Source: Octopus sinensis
Lineage: Eukaryota
Length of the DNA stretch: 64,000 bases
Reading direction: 5' to 3'
Assembly (NCBI RefSeq): GCF_006345805.1
Contig: NC_043007.1
Location: forward strand, 55,180,001 to 55,244,000
Of the stretch, positions 24,670 to 39,405 are shown one piece after another (position 1 is the first letter of the stretch; each line of letters starts with the position of its first letter). The notes beneath the pieces are model-generated. The model made no database searches. It saw nothing but the letters and a program-made list of their open reading frames with translations, and was not told the origin of the DNA. Made by a program: the position numbers and the translations under genes.

Positions 24670-26010
24670 GAGTACGTAGGTGGAAACATTTTATTGGAAC
24701 AATGCAGTGTTTTGTCTAAAAACGAAGAACATTCATACAGATAATCAGAATTTGAATTTAAATATTATATAGACTGGAGGATGTAATGTTTTGTAGCCGG
24801 ACAAACAAAAAAGCATTGTGTGTAATATTCAGTGACAAAACTATGAATACAATATGTGTAGGCGTTAGGAAATGAAGTATTCGCAGCAGTCATCAAACAG
24901 GAAAACTACCAGATGAGAAAATGGAGGCTTGAAAGAAAGTATTTGAACACAACTATCATTTTCACTTGGATAAATGCGAATATGTTGCGCTTAATGCTAG
25001 CTTAAGGCTAACTTATTTTCAGCAAATAAAGAAATATTATTTACTGACAACCCTGTTTTTCAATTAAAGTACAAGCTACCCAATCAGTTTCTCGGATTGC
25101 TGATGAGCAAGCAAATATGTCTGAAAGCGTTACTATTATTATTCGGGGACTATGCTAACTTTAAAAGTGACACTCGAACATGGAAAAGCTGCATTTTCAA
25201 AAATACGGAGTAAAAATGAAGTTTGGAAACGTTTAAAGTGTGTCACAGCCGAAATCTGTGAAGCAGGAAGACGTTTCCTTGAATGGTGACATATCGTGAA
25301 GAACAAAATTTTACAAGAACCGGTCGTATCATTGGTGAAATTTATCTAATCGGGTAAAAACAGAAACTTGATAAAACGATTTTGCCGTACCACGCTGTTG
25401 ACGATAGCCTTGCTGTTATTTCACAAATGTTTGGCACTTTTAACGAGAAAAATCGCTGACTTAATGATGCATTTTAACGAGTTTAGCCTTAGGTTATATG
25501 ACTAGATATCTGCCGAGAAAAGTTTCTACATAAATTAGCCTCTTTCTTTTTTCAGTCGCAGTTACTAATAGCTTGAACCACTTTCTTTGCTGTGGAAAAT
25601 ACAACCAAGAAGCAAACTCTCCATTTCCTTTTAAATTCACTTTCTTCATTAATCTTAAGATACAGTTTCAACAGTGTTTTTTTTCAGAAACATTAAAAAT
25701 TATTCAAAATCCATTTGATTATATTATCAAAGAACTTCCGTTAGATCTACAACTGGAAATTATTGACCCGCAATCAAATGACACATTAAAAGACACGTAC
25801 ATAAGAGAAAACATGATTAATTTTTATTTAGATTCCTCTTACATGAAGGATGTACTTCTTTATATTCTTTGCTTGGAGTGGATTTCAACATTTGTCACAA
25901 CCTATTTACATGAAAAGGCATTTTTCAAAGTTAAACTAAATCAAATTCATTTTTAGGTCATTCTTAACAGATTGCTATCCAAACTCAGTTTTAATTACAG
26001 GGACCACAAA
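24670..26010 (+). mobile_element. Decayed hAT (SPIN/Charlie, GTF2IRD2-like) transposase remnant
   Basis: ORF 25573-25956 reads IIQNPF...ELPLDLQLEIIDPQSNDTLKD...NFY...ISTFVTTYLHEKAFFKVK, which matches the hAT C-terminal dimerisation region. The upstream boundary is approximate and I found no TIRs. Confidence 0.7.
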
Positions 26011-26339
26011 ATTTGACCACTACTTGACAGCATTACATCTCCCCCCCCACCAAAAAAAAAAAACGAATTCTATGGTTCCCATTGATTGTGCTATATGGAA
26101 GATTATGGTATATTCTTCTATAAGGAAAAAAATCAAAGTAATTAAAACACAAGCTGTTTCCATAAGTTTTTATGATCATGATTCTGTCTTTTATTTGCCT
26201 TTGTCTAAAAGACAAAAAAACATTTCAAATCCTGCTCGCCTCCAAAATGTTTTGCCTATTCTTTTTTAGGATATGAAGGTTAACGTTTCACCGACGACGT
26301 GGTCTAACTGGTAGCCTTGCGTTAAACACCTGACATCTA

Positions 26340-27350
26340 CCAAGATTGTTTTGTTTATGTTGAAGATTATTTTATGAACTTTGGCAAATAGTCTACGCAT
26401 TTTTTTTGATACTATGAAGATTAATACCTTAGTTTTTTAGCTGGAGTTGTAAAGTCATATTTCAACTGATGAAGTTAGAAGTTTCAAATTTTGTATTTCC
26501 AAATTTCTAATTTCAGCATTAAATGCTTCTGAAGTTTACTGTTTTACAATTTACCAGTTTCCGACTGAGAGCTGCGGTCATACTGGTATGCTGTTGACTC
26601 CTTATATTTCCTAATTACGATAGTCTATGAAATATTTTGTTGCAGAAATGACATTTTATTTTTCTACTTGCCTGTATTTTGATTTTATGACTGGAATGTA
26701 TTCAAAAATGTGATTGCTGATAGTTGGAAATTTACTGACTTCTTGATTGATTTTATGCTCCTTGATCATGTCTCTTTAAGGTAATTTATTGTCATTTTAT
26801 TATCTGCATCAAGTTGGGAACGCTTCTTTCCCCTATATGTGTTTTGAATTGTTTGTCTCTTACGTCAAAGTTTTATACATATTGCGACATATCATACTTA
26901 ATTACTTGTAGTGTGTTCAATAAATTTTGGTATTGATATATTTGCCCAAGCAACTTTGGATTGAAGATGATTTCCCGATAATTAAGGGAAAACACATCTC
27001 TTATCGTCTATTATTAGCTTCAGGATAACTGCTGCCGGACTCTGGGTAGCTGGTGTATTGATGTTTTTGTTAATGTAACGTATATCGTTAATTGAATTTT
27101 GTTTTACAGTAAAATCGTGCACCATTCCTGATTTGGATGACTCGATTTGTTTGAATCCATTTTATTCTTGTAATCTGATTAATATGTTCATTAAGGTGTT
27201 TTGAGTTTAAGTCTAGGCCTGGGTGTTTGATATGCCATATATATTTCAGTATTTGCACATAACCAAGATGCCCAGGCTCAGAATATTCGGTGGCATCGCT
27301 ACTTTGTACCATTGGTCATAGGTCTGATTGGACTTATACTTTTAGCCATG
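26340..27350 (-). mobile_element. Possible very old R4/Dong-like RT remnant
   Basis: Only scattered motifs (KHPGLD; AEIRNLE..LKLLT; a VD.YLP-like stretch) in broken frames. Confidence 0.3.
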
Positions 27351-28003
27351 ATGGTTTTGTATATTACTGTTAAATTATATTTACGTATATGATTATGATT
27401 TAAAAAAATATCTTTGATCAAATCAAAAGTTATTAATTGGAGATTACGTTTCTTTAACATTGAATTTTATTTTGTTCTAATTATGCAATATATTCCAGCT
27501 TACATGCTTAGCTACTGTGCAACGAGTCGAGAGTATTGTTTTACATATTTGTTCAAGTACACATGTTACACTATATGTACTGCTTAGGTATTTATATAGA
27601 AATATTTCTATACATATTAACCCACATTTTGTTCATATTTGTTTGTTACTGCATATGTAATGTTTCGTTACCTGTATAAACTTACTTAGATATTGTAGCT
27701 GAACTTGTCTATAAAATGACTACTTTAATAGGTTACTTGAATAAAGCGTTAAATGTATACGTCCGAATATCGAAATGACTATTTGTATGTATGTATGTAT
27801 GTAAGTATGTATGTATGTATGTATGTATGTATGTATGTATGTATCGCTGAATCAATAAGATGTATATGTAGGATTTGATAGCTAGCTAGTTAGATAAGTG
27901 GAAGGTTAGGATAAATGTATGAGAACACCTTTGATCGTAGGGTTTATTGCTCAGAATCTGACCTCGGTCTAGACAACTAAGCGGAAAGGGAAAGATTGAA
28001 GAT

Positions 28004-28047
<44 letters not shown>

Positions 28048-28712
28048 AGAGAGATAAATATAGATAGATAGAGAGAGAGAGAGAAAGAGAGAGAGAGAGG
28101 AGGAGGAGGAGAGAGAAGTGGGGTGAGAAAATATACTTTATCTACAATTCCGTTCTTTTGACAAATAACAAGAGAATAACTGGGGAAGAAGTATAATTCG
28201 TTTCTGTTTCTAAACAATTTACAGATAAAACAAATATCTGTAGAAATTCTATCACGGGTAGTTAATGTGTCCACACAATGCCGCTTTATACCAGAAATAT
28301 ATTTTACTGCGTCTATGATTAAAAATATGTTTCATTAAGAAACTCTGAGCGTAAGCGATATATAAACGGTAGTATCATTTGTCTCCCTTGTGTGCAACAC
28401 TATGATCTATGCTGTCTCTAAATTATTTATGTGCTAGCTTAGCTGTAATATCACCAATGATGTCAAATATTTATCTTAATTTAATGTATTAAAAACTATT
28501 ATAAATTAAGTGAAAATATATGCGGCTTGTTGACAGAATTACAGGAAATTGACGTCTGTTTACACTACAAAGGAATATCGCTATCACTGGATGTTAAATT
28601 TGATATTAGGATGAATACTTCATCTCGTTCTTTATTGCCAATCTGTACTTTCATATAATACATATATACATTCATACATACACTTACACAAACAGCATAT
28701 ATATATATATAA

Positions 28713-28811
<99 letters not shown>

Positions 28812-29131
28812 GAATGACTATACTTTTAAATTGAATTGTTTTTCGATTAAATTTAAATTTAATTGTAATTCGAATTGAAGTAGCCACGAAATGTACGTAG
28901 TCTTTTTACTTATCATATATTGTTTATTAATTTTTGGGATACATTTTGAGATCTAGTTATATGCTTTATAATATATTTTATTTTTTTCTACATGATATGG
29001 TTTATATCAATCATTGTTTGAATTACTTATTAGTGGTTTTTCTCTAATTTATATATATTAAATATTTATATTGTGAAATTTGATTTAATACAAAATTGAA
29101 TTTTTCCCTGTAAGTTTGGATTTATACTTCC

Positions 29132-29189
<58 letters not shown>

Positions 29190-29273
29190 ATATATATAAT
29201 AAATAAATAAATATATATATATATAAATATATATATAAATAAATATATATATATAAATAAATAAATAAATATA

Positions 29274-29332
<59 letters not shown>

Positions 29333-30879
29333 CCTATATACTCCAGTTCGCTTCAAACTTTAATAGTGGTAACACTTTGAATAAAGCTGCACGAATACAT
29401 TTTTAACCAGGATGAACTCTGGGTGCTGAACTATATATCCTGTATTGCCAAACCTTTGCGCGGAAATAACACTTTTACTTATAATAATCACCAGAACAAA
29501 CACTTCAAGCGCCATGAACGCAACCTGAACAAGCTACAAGATCGTCTGTGTAGTCATCATCCGCATTATCTTCCACACAGGATATCGAAATCGTTTTCAT
29601 CATCATTACTTCGATCCGTCAACATGATCTCTATACTGCAGAGTTAATCCGTTGCCCGGCTTAAATTCCCCACGTAGGTTTTGAGTGCATTTTGCATAAT
29701 CTACTCTGTTTTATACACAGGATCCCAGGTCTTGGGTTTGGAAATAAATTCCACCTTTCTTGCCACTATGCAAGGAGGACTTGAAAATGGTTTATGTTCT
29801 CAGTTTGCTTGTGCGGATGTAAAAAAAAAAAACTTTCCTTACTCTGTGGTTTACTGAAACGCCACTTCCTTATAAGCGGAGTAATTCAAAATCCAAATAT
29901 GGAAATATGAAATAACAGTTATTTCAATTCAGATATTTTGATTAAATTTTAGATCTGTCATACTAGCTATCGACTTAGTCACTACTCCTTAGCTGTGCGA
30001 TTAAGTTCTCAGCAATTATATCTTCTTTCTCACACCTTTTCTGTGATTCTTTCTCCACAACATACCTTGTCTTATTGTTTATATTTTCTCACGATACATG
30101 TTCTGTTGTTGTCCCACCTCTGATTAGAGCTTCCTATCAGCATTTAATTGTTTCTAATTTAGGTACAAGATCAACCGTTCTGAGGATAGGCGATTTGTCG
30201 GTAACATTGCCCCAAGAACTTGATTGGTACATTACTTTATTGATTTCCGAGAGATGAAATGCATAATTGATTTGAACTCAAAACGTTAAGAGCCAAAATG
30301 AGTATTGCAAAACACTATTTTCCGTTTCTCTAACGATTTATCAGCTTACTCTTTTTATTAACTTTGATAATTGCTTGTAATATAAGCATAATACCGTATA
30401 AGCATTCCGTAGTTTAACTAATCCATAGCTGGTGCCTGTTTTAATGATCGCCAAATGAGGAATGACAAAGAAGGTTCTGTGGGATTTGACTTTGGACTGT
30501 ATTAACGAAAACTAAAGTCTAACATGTAACCGCAGGAGAGAGACTAGTATTTACTTACATCCTCAGTTACACAGGTACACTATATATAACCGTCAGGTTG
30601 ATGGGAGGATTCATAACCGAGGCATTTAGAGTGAAAATACATGGTCACTCAACCTACAGGAAACACCAAATAAGTCAACTTCAAATCATAATCTACTGTC
30701 TCAAAACAAAAAGCAGTAAGACACTGGAAAATAATAAGCTGATACGTCTGGGACGTCTTTCATTGTATATCAGGAGTGACATGAGTTTAACAACAAATCA
30801 AGAAATCGGTGGTTGTGCCTGTATCACAGACATATAACTCAATTGTCAAATCCTCCTGACTTTATGTGGGCACTGATGG

Positions 30880-33567
30880 CTCTTTAACAGGTCGGGCGGA
30901 TTTCTTTCGACGTTTAGAAGTATTCCTAGGAACGTCTCGTCCTTTACTTTTAGTGGGGAATTGGAATGCTATCTTGGACACACATATGGACTACGTGGGC
31001 AGAGATAGGAATAGACGGGGATGCAAATGCCTCAGAGACCTGCTCAGACGCTTTCAACTGTCTGACAGGTACGGACTCAACCACCCGAATGCGCCAACGT
31101 GGACATTGAGCAACCGCATCGGGTCGTCGAGATCGCATCTAGATAGGATACTGTGCAGGACAGTAGATAGAGATAGCATAGGATGTCCACAATTCCACAT
31201 GGTCAGCTACACAGATCACCAACTTGTGACATGTACGCTAGACTTAGGTAAGACGCATAGGCAGGGTCCCAGGTACTGGAAACTAAACGTGTCTTTCCCA
31301 TCGAGACAAGTTTTCAGAGACCGGATTAGCACACTAGTAAAGAGGGCTTTGACGGGAGCCATCATCAACAACAAATGGTGGTTTGCCCTCAAGAGAGCAA
31401 TAAAAGCAGAAGCGATTAGGTATAGCAAAGCACTAGCCATAGATAGAAACAGAGTAGAGAGTGAGCTAGTTAAGAGGCTAAAAGAGGCATTTAGAAGCGG
31501 AATCGCATCCAACGTTTTGGCGGCGAGGTTGGCCCTCGACCAACACTTCAACGCCAAACACGAAGAGTGTGTTGTCAGAGCTAGGATGCGTGCTCTAAGG
31601 AACGAAGGTGTTGGAGCCGCGCGAGAGGCTCGGGTGGCAGAAGCGCAACAGGGCAACAAAGTCACCATTCGGTCTCTGGTAGATGAACAAGGGCGCGAAT
31701 TACTCGAGCCAAGTAAAATGTGCGAGGTCCGTCAATGATGCCCCCTCTCGTCGCTTCTATACGTATTGACTCTCGAGCCATTACTGCGGAAGCTGGCGAC
31801 TCTGAGGGACATCCCGCGAGAATTGGGATGCAGGACGAGCGCGTCTGCATACGCGGACGACGTCACCGTCATAGTGTCTAGCCACGAGCAGATCGAGCTG
31901 GTCGGCGAGACACTGAAAGACTACGAAGTGGTGACAGGAGCGAAAATCAACCGGGAAAAGTCAGTGGGCTTGCGGCTCGGCACATGGAGAAGCAAACCCA
32001 TGCAATCCACCAGCGCCTCCGTAGTGGGACGCTGGACCGACGGTGCAGTCGAGTTGCTCGGGGTCTGGTTTGGTCCAGACCTCCAAATGGAGAAGGACTG
32101 GAACGAGATAACGAGTAGGGTGGTCACTCTCGCCCGGCAATGGGCCGAGAGGAAACTGTCCCTAAAAGGTCGGGCGGAAGTGGCGAACACGTACATCGCG
32201 TCCATCATCTACAACCGCCTGACCGTTGTGCCTTGTCCCGACCCTACCATCACCAAACTAGAATGCATTCTCTTCCGCTTCTTGTGGAAAGGATGCGTCC
32301 CGATGGTCAGGCGATCCATTTGCTGTCAACACCCGTTAAAAGGAGGACTGGGCATGCCGAGGTTGATGATGCGCAGACACGCGCTGAGACTGCGACATCT
32401 CCGGCTTTACGTAGACGACGGTGAACAGATGTGGTCGCCGTTTGTGAGGCACGCTTTCCCGCAGTTCGTCTCCATGACCGAACTGCAGTCGTGGATCAAA
32501 GTGAGGCCGAGGAAGGGCAAATGGCATCGCGAGTGTCGTGTTGCTCTCAAGCAACTATGCCATCCCAGGTTGACCTTGAGCGACTTCAACACAACCAAAG
32601 CATTCTATAGGGGGTTAGTGGAGGTGAGGTATGACGACGATCTCAGGGCGAACCTGGGCGTCGACGAGGAATACTTGACCCGCCTGTTCAAGACGACTTT
32701 CGGGCCGGGACCTATGGACAACGTCCAGAGATCCCTGGCTTGACAGTGCTACAGAGAAGCGCTACCCGTTCGGGATAAGCTCTACAGACACGCTCGAGAA
32801 ACATGGGGCCGACCTGCCCGAGATGCGGTCAGAGCGACAAAACCGTTCTGCACACACTCGTGCAGCGTCCAATCATTTCCGACCTGTGGGCTTGTGTCGA
32901 ACGACTGCTGTCACGTGTGGGACGAGTCGGTTTATCAGCCGAGTCTATCGTCAATATCGTCACACCTTCCTTCAAACAGGAAGGAAGAGCTATTTTCATC
33001 ATACTTGTGGCTATAGTGAAAGAATGTATCTGGTTGACACGTCTGAAAGTATTAGAGACAAACACTTTCTTCTCTAGTCGATCTCTCGTCAACTTCTGCA
33101 AGTATCACTTGAAAAGGAAAGTGAGAGTAGTTTTGTCTAGCGAATGTTTCAAAAAAAGATGGGTGAATGTAGCAAGGATGGCACGTATGAATGACGAAGC
33201 CACCTTGAGCATAATCCTATGAACCCGGAAAAATCTAAAACAGAGAGTTACTTACTTGCAAATAAATGTATTAACATGTGACATTATTGACCGACGTTAC
33301 CGTGGTCTTTTCCGTAGGCTTTTCTTTCCACGGATAAACCTTATCTGCTTCTCCTTTTACACTTTACATCATGACATTTCTGTTATACACGGTTCCTATT
33401 GATCGTTTTTTTCTCTCTTTTTACGATCCATTTTGATCGAAAACCTACCCCCCCTTTTTATTTTTTCTCTTTCTTTTTCTTTTCCTTTTTTTTCTCCCCC
33501 AAAAGAAAACTCTACTTTGTAATTTGTCCTTTCTGTGTTCAACCCTGTGTGGCTAATAAAGAAACAT
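30880..33567 (+). mobile_element. Second Tx1-like LINE (related subfamily), 5'-truncated, with an internal deletion of the RT core
   Basis: Collinear with the ORF2 at 13.4-16.5 kb (GAIINNKWW, AYADD, VWFGPDLQ, LSLKGRAEVAN). It jumps from EPSKMCE to VRQ*CPLS at about 31727. 3' tail TTGTCCTTTCTGTGTTCAACCCTGTGTGGCTAATAAAG. Confidence 0.92.
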
Positions 33568-34192
33568 ATTATAAGCCTTCACTCTAGTTAGTGACTGCAA
33601 TCTGAAATTTGCGATTGGTTTATTGGTTAGCAATGTTTTTTTTGCAGCAGACTAGCATTATACCCAGTAGGACGCTTATCAGCTGCTAAATACAAGATAA
33701 ATTTTGGTCGAGAAGACTATGAAGAGACGGGAAAACACTAATTTAATTTTCTATTGAAGCTTTTGACATCAGTGGCGTCCTAAGAAAGAAATAGAGTTAG
33801 GTGTATGACTGTGGATAAGTTAAGATGGCTAGATGGTTTCACAACTTCGTTTCACTTCCTCCATACTGCTTATAAAGGTTAAAATATTTAATTTCTAAAT
33901 CATAACGGGTTGTGCTGAACAAGCGTTGAAGAGGAATCGATAGCCTTTTCTCGGCTTCAAATTGTGATGAGAACGATTTCACTTAATGTTCAGCTTTCAG
34001 TGTTCTTGAGTGAAGCAAAAGCATTAATCAGTAAGAAGGCGCAGGCGAGACGGATGATAACTGAAGAGGGGGAAGAGGACAAGTAATAGATATGTAAGGT
34101 GTGGTTGGTGTTTAGCTTCAATTGGTGCAGGCTGATATCTGGGGGAAAACACTGGCAGAAAGGAATGGTTAAGAAACGTGTTTACTGTTTCG

Positions 34193-34640
34193 GGATCTTT
34201 TCGGTTTGAACGGCAGTTTTTAACATAATTTCTAGGTAACTAAAAAATTTTAAACATCGTATACTGGTAGAATGTGTTTATAAAACATCTTTTTCTCTTG
34301 GATTTATTGAGAAAATTCTATAGTTTGTAAAATATTTGTTGTTTTTTTTCTTTAATTTCTGCAATTTCAACCAATCACTAACGTCAATTAAGGTAAAAAA
34401 CATTCTGTGCCGTATGAATATGTCCCTCGTTTAAGAAACAGATTGGGTTTATTTACATTTGTGAAGAAAAAAAGATACCCTTCCCCCACCCCTAACCCTT
34501 ACCCTAACCCTAACTAACCCTAACTAACCCTAACCCTAAAACAGATTGAAATGCAATAGATCAATACTAGGGTCATAATTATAGGTGACAATTTCATATG
34601 ACGCCGCTAGAAAAAACTGCCGTTCAAACCGAAAAGATCC
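34193..34640. mobile_element. MITE with 29-bp TIRs and an 8-bp TSD (Merlin-like), containing (CCCTAA)n
   Basis: TIR GGATCTTTTCGGTTTGAACGGCAGTTTTT at both ends; TSD CTGTTTCG at 34185-34192 and 34641-34648. GG-starting TIRs with an 8-bp TSD fit Merlin (inference). Confidence 0.88.
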
Positions 34641-35643
34641 CTGTTTCGTAAGGTGTAACAAACTTTGAGTACCTATATGAGAAAGACTGGACGGGAAATG
34701 CTTCACTCAGAAGGACAAAATGCCTATGTTTATCACATGGGTGGTGATATTTTGCTAATCAGCCCCCCCCCCACACACACACACACACACACATACACAT
34801 CGTGATTATATATGTCACGTATTTTCCAATAAATCGTTTCATTACTGGCAATGAAAGATATCCATAAATTTCTTCAAAGTAAAATAAACGCATGATTTTT
34901 AAGATCCATCCCCCTTCTGAGTTCATTAAGGACATAAGAGATTCCTTTAAGAATCAAAGGCAAATCACAAACTCGCAAGGATGAGATTTTACCCACATTC
35001 AATGATGTTCAACGTATGGATATCAAATATATTTGAGTGTGTGGTAGAAACATATGCATGAATGTGCGTGTTTCTGAGTGCGTGAGTTCGAGTGTGTGTG
35101 TTTGAGTGTTAATATGTCTGAGTTTGTGAATGTGTGTGTTTGTACATGCATGAATGTACATATACACACTAAACACATACATAAAAACACATATACACAT
35201 CCAAACACAGCACATTACACACACACTCAAGGGATGCAGATATTTGTATGAGGTTGGATATAAATATGTTTGTGTGCTTGTCTTTATTGTGTCAACATCT
35301 GATGTATTTTTAGAAAGAAATTATTGATGTTTGGGGGAAGGGTGATGTAGTGAGGATGGAGAGAAGAAAGAAAAATATATGAAGAAAAGGAAAGAAGGGG
35401 GGAAAAAGCATGAAGATGAGGTGGGTTGAAGAAAGGAAATAGACTGGTGAAATGATGCAGGGGGTAACAACGAGATATGAGGGGTAGTAACAACATATAT
35501 AGGGGTTGTTAACAATAATATATAGGGGTAATAACATATTGGGGATAACAATAGCCTACACTTCATGAAACTAATTTATATACTTTTAGTGATTCATTTA
35601 ATTTCGTGCCAATTTGCAGAAAGTTCAATATTCTCCGAAAAAC

Positions 35644-35877
<234 letters not shown>

Positions 35878-36362
35878 ATTCTTTTGCTATTTGGTAGTTG
35901 ATATTTTTTTGGGTTGTTAGTTTTACTGATGTTTGCTTCCAGCTATTTTGTTTAACGTCAGTTCCTCTTTTGTTTTTTAGTGATTGTTTTATTGTATTTT
36001 CATTATTTCTAGTGTTATCTTTTATCCGAACGTGTCTTCTTTAGTTGTTACACATTCACACAGCCATACTTTTACACATATACACACGAGCACACACACA
36101 CACACACACATGTATTTATGTATGAATATATGTATATGTACACATATACGTACACACAAATATACACTCACGCTAAACATTCACAATCAAATACTAACAC
36201 ATTCATTTTCAAGTATGTTTTCTTGTATTTTTTTGTTTGTATAGATACTTGTTTGGTTGGTTTGGTTTAGTTTGAATTGGTTCGAGCTTGGTTTTATTTT
36301 AAGCTATTCTTTATAGAATTTTATTTCCACTCGTTTTCTTTACTGTTCTTATTATACTTTAC

Positions 36363-36489
<127 letters not shown>

Positions 36490-36779
36490 GATGCAGACTT
36501 TAGTCTAACGTGCTAAAATTCCGGTGTTTCTCGATATTTTACAAGTGTAACTAAAAAAAGTAATTTTGATTTTGATTTTTATTTCCCTCAAGAACAGTTA
36601 CTGAGCGTTTTGGAGGTCTTCTCCTATTGGGATTTGACAACAATGTCGGTTGTTAAAAATATGTTCATTTTATTCTATCGTCTAACGACATAATGAAAAT
36701 TGATTTTTTCTCCCCAAATCCGCCCCTCAGAAAGATTATTGTAAACATAGCAAAATAACTACAAAACAAAAGAAAGCAA

Positions 36780-36920
36780 TCTTATACATAAATGGCAATT
36801 TCTGTCTGTCGATCTGTCTGTTACCATCTTGTTCCCTGCACCAGTAAGCCAATCTTGACGAAACTTTGCATACATGTTAAACTAACATCCAGTTCAAGAG
36901 GAGGGTGCAAGGAGTGTCAG
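36780..36920 (+). mobile_element. Possible Helitron 5' fragment
   Basis: A|TCTTATACATAAAT...CTGTCTGTC...CCAATCTTGACGAAACTTTGCATACATG resembles the 5' region at 9130-9250. I found no 3' CTAG end. Confidence 0.45.
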
Positions 36921-37223
36921 TGTGATGGAAATATGGTGGCAGAGTGGGTGTGGCTGATATCAAGGAAAGGGAGAACAGCGTTGTGTAAGCGACAAATATG
37001 GTGCGGCAGTGAGATGAAAACGTTAATACAGTTGTCATTCACAGATATGCACGCGACACTGCATACATACTTTCGTAAATACATAGACATAGGCATACAC
37101 TCACGCATGCATACACACATAACTAACTTTTAAAACGCCGAGGAAGGGAAAGAAAGGTGGGTGTGAGGAATAAGTAACTTTAAGGACAGAGAGAGTAGAT
37201 GGCTTTTCTGCTGTATATGTGTA

Positions 37224-37344
<121 letters not shown>

Positions 37345-37833
37345 AAATCGACAATGAAGAACGGTGAATTTGCCATGGGCAATGTGTGTGCATTATGCAT
37401 TGTCTGGAATTTAAGATCACGTTTTGTACCCACGCATACACGCCATAATCTTTTCAATTCACTTGTCCTGTAAGAACAAGCTCATTTTCTAAATATTACA
37501 ATTTCAATATAGCTTCAAATAATGTAAACACATATATCTCCCAATCAGCTACCAACTTATCAGCCTACTTATAATTGTCAAAAATCCATCTTCATTTCAA
37601 ATCAAAAGAAGTCGTATGCCAAACAACCGAACAATTTCAAGAGGAAAATTCCAACTTTCTCAAAATTCCTCTGGAACTGAAAGACCAGAGATAGCTGTAT
37701 CTCACAATAACAAGAAAATTATTCTTGAAACTACTCTATACCCTTATGAATAACTATTTGCCAAGTTGAAAAGTTCAAGATCGTGAATTAACCTGTGACA
37801 TCTCCTTAACGGCGATCAATTTTGTTGTCTTAC

Positions 37834-37948
37834 TGGCCGCCATCGCCGATGGTTCCTCTTAGAAATGTTTCAAAATTTCTGTTTTCAAACCTCGAACTAA
37901 GTTGTCTTCTTCGACACCGCCATAGCGCAAGAAGAGTAGTTCCGCAAT
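37834..37948 (-). CDS. Candidate isolated 115-bp internal exon of an unknown gene
   Basis: Acceptor TTTGTTGCAG and donor CA|GTAAGA. One frame is open: (D)CGTTLLALWRCRRRQLSSRFENRNFETFLRGTIGDGG. I recognise no homology. Confidence 0.3.
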
Positions 37949-39026
37949 CTGCAACAAATTTAACCAACTTTAAACAATAAGAATGGTACCTTTTGTTCAT
38001 AGAAATCAGCAAGCAAATTATTTGCTGATGTATATTTGTTGATGTTTCCAAAACCAATAGTATATTATCATGTGCACTTTAGAAGTGCCCTAACGGAATC
38101 ATTCAAGTGTATCTGCTATATCATCTGAAAGATCACAAACATATATCTTGTAAGTGTGCGTGTATGACTGAATGATGTTGGAGTAAACTCTTGACTTTTT
38201 ATATATATATATGTGTATGTATGTCTGTGTGTGTGCGCGTGTGCGTGTGTGCGTGTGAGTGTGAGATGTTTATGATATTTTTATATTGATGAAAATCCAA
38301 CGTAATGTTATTGTGTCACGCAGTGATTTGAATATTCTTTAAAGGTAGATGAAACAGATGAAGAAAAAGGGACAAGCAAGGGGAAAAGAATCATACTTAA
38401 ATGTAGAATAAATATTAGGTTAAAGAAAGAGTGTCATATAAATATTTCCCATATTTATATAGGAAATATACTGAAAAAGGATATAAGGAAGAGAAGAATA
38501 AACTCACATAGGTGATATGGAGTGAAAAGGCATACACTAATATAAATTGTCTAGTATAAAGAAAGGGTAGGAAGAAAGAGAACCAAAAAGAGATATTTAT
38601 ACGTTTAATTAAATGCAATGAAGAGGAGTAAAAATAGAAAGAACAAGTCATACATATTGAGAGAACAAGTAAGAAAGAAACGGAAACGGGCCAAAAATGA
38701 AAACATTAAGGGAAGAATAAGTGAATGAATGAAATACAATACAAAAACAAACAGACAAGAGGAAAGGTAGAAGTTTTATGAACAGAGAAAGTGAGGCTAT
38801 GCCACTTCTCTCACAACAAGTAAAGATAGCTGTAGACGACATCTAGGGAATGTATGAATACATAGAGAGATGTATATCAACAAAAAGATAATATACATGT
38901 TCAGATTGGGGAGTGTACCTGCCAGGAGAGGGAGTCTCTATAAGCATAAATAGGTTGTTATAGAAAGAAATATATGTAGACCCGGTTGCTGTTTACACAA
39001 AAAGTGGATAAATATACGTAAACATA

Positions 39027-39354
39027 AATTAATTCTGAGCTCTTCTGTGAAGTATAGCTTCAACTTACTGGTAGAAGTGAAGAACGAATTACTAAATTCG
39101 TACCTTCATTGTCGTAAACAAAGAGAATCCATTAAGTCAGAGAAGTATGTGATAAGAAACTGAAAGAGAGTGGGTGACAGAGAGGGAGAAAGAAAAGAGG
39201 GGAGAAAGAAGAGAGGGGAAGAAATAAGAGAGGGGAAGAAAGAAGAGAGGGGAAGAAAGAGGAGAGGGAGAGTAGGAAGAAAAGGGGAGAAAGAAGAAAG
39301 GCGAGAAAGAAACGAAGTGTGAAAGAGGAAGTGAGAGAGAGGAAGAGCGCACGC

Positions 39355-39405
<51 letters not shown>

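Noticed and set aside
29420-29800. Possible old RTE/CR1-type RT traces (minus-strand DYTDDLV; also about 33700-34100, 49150-49560 and 51000-51750)
   Set aside because: The motifs are too decayed to call or delimit by eye.
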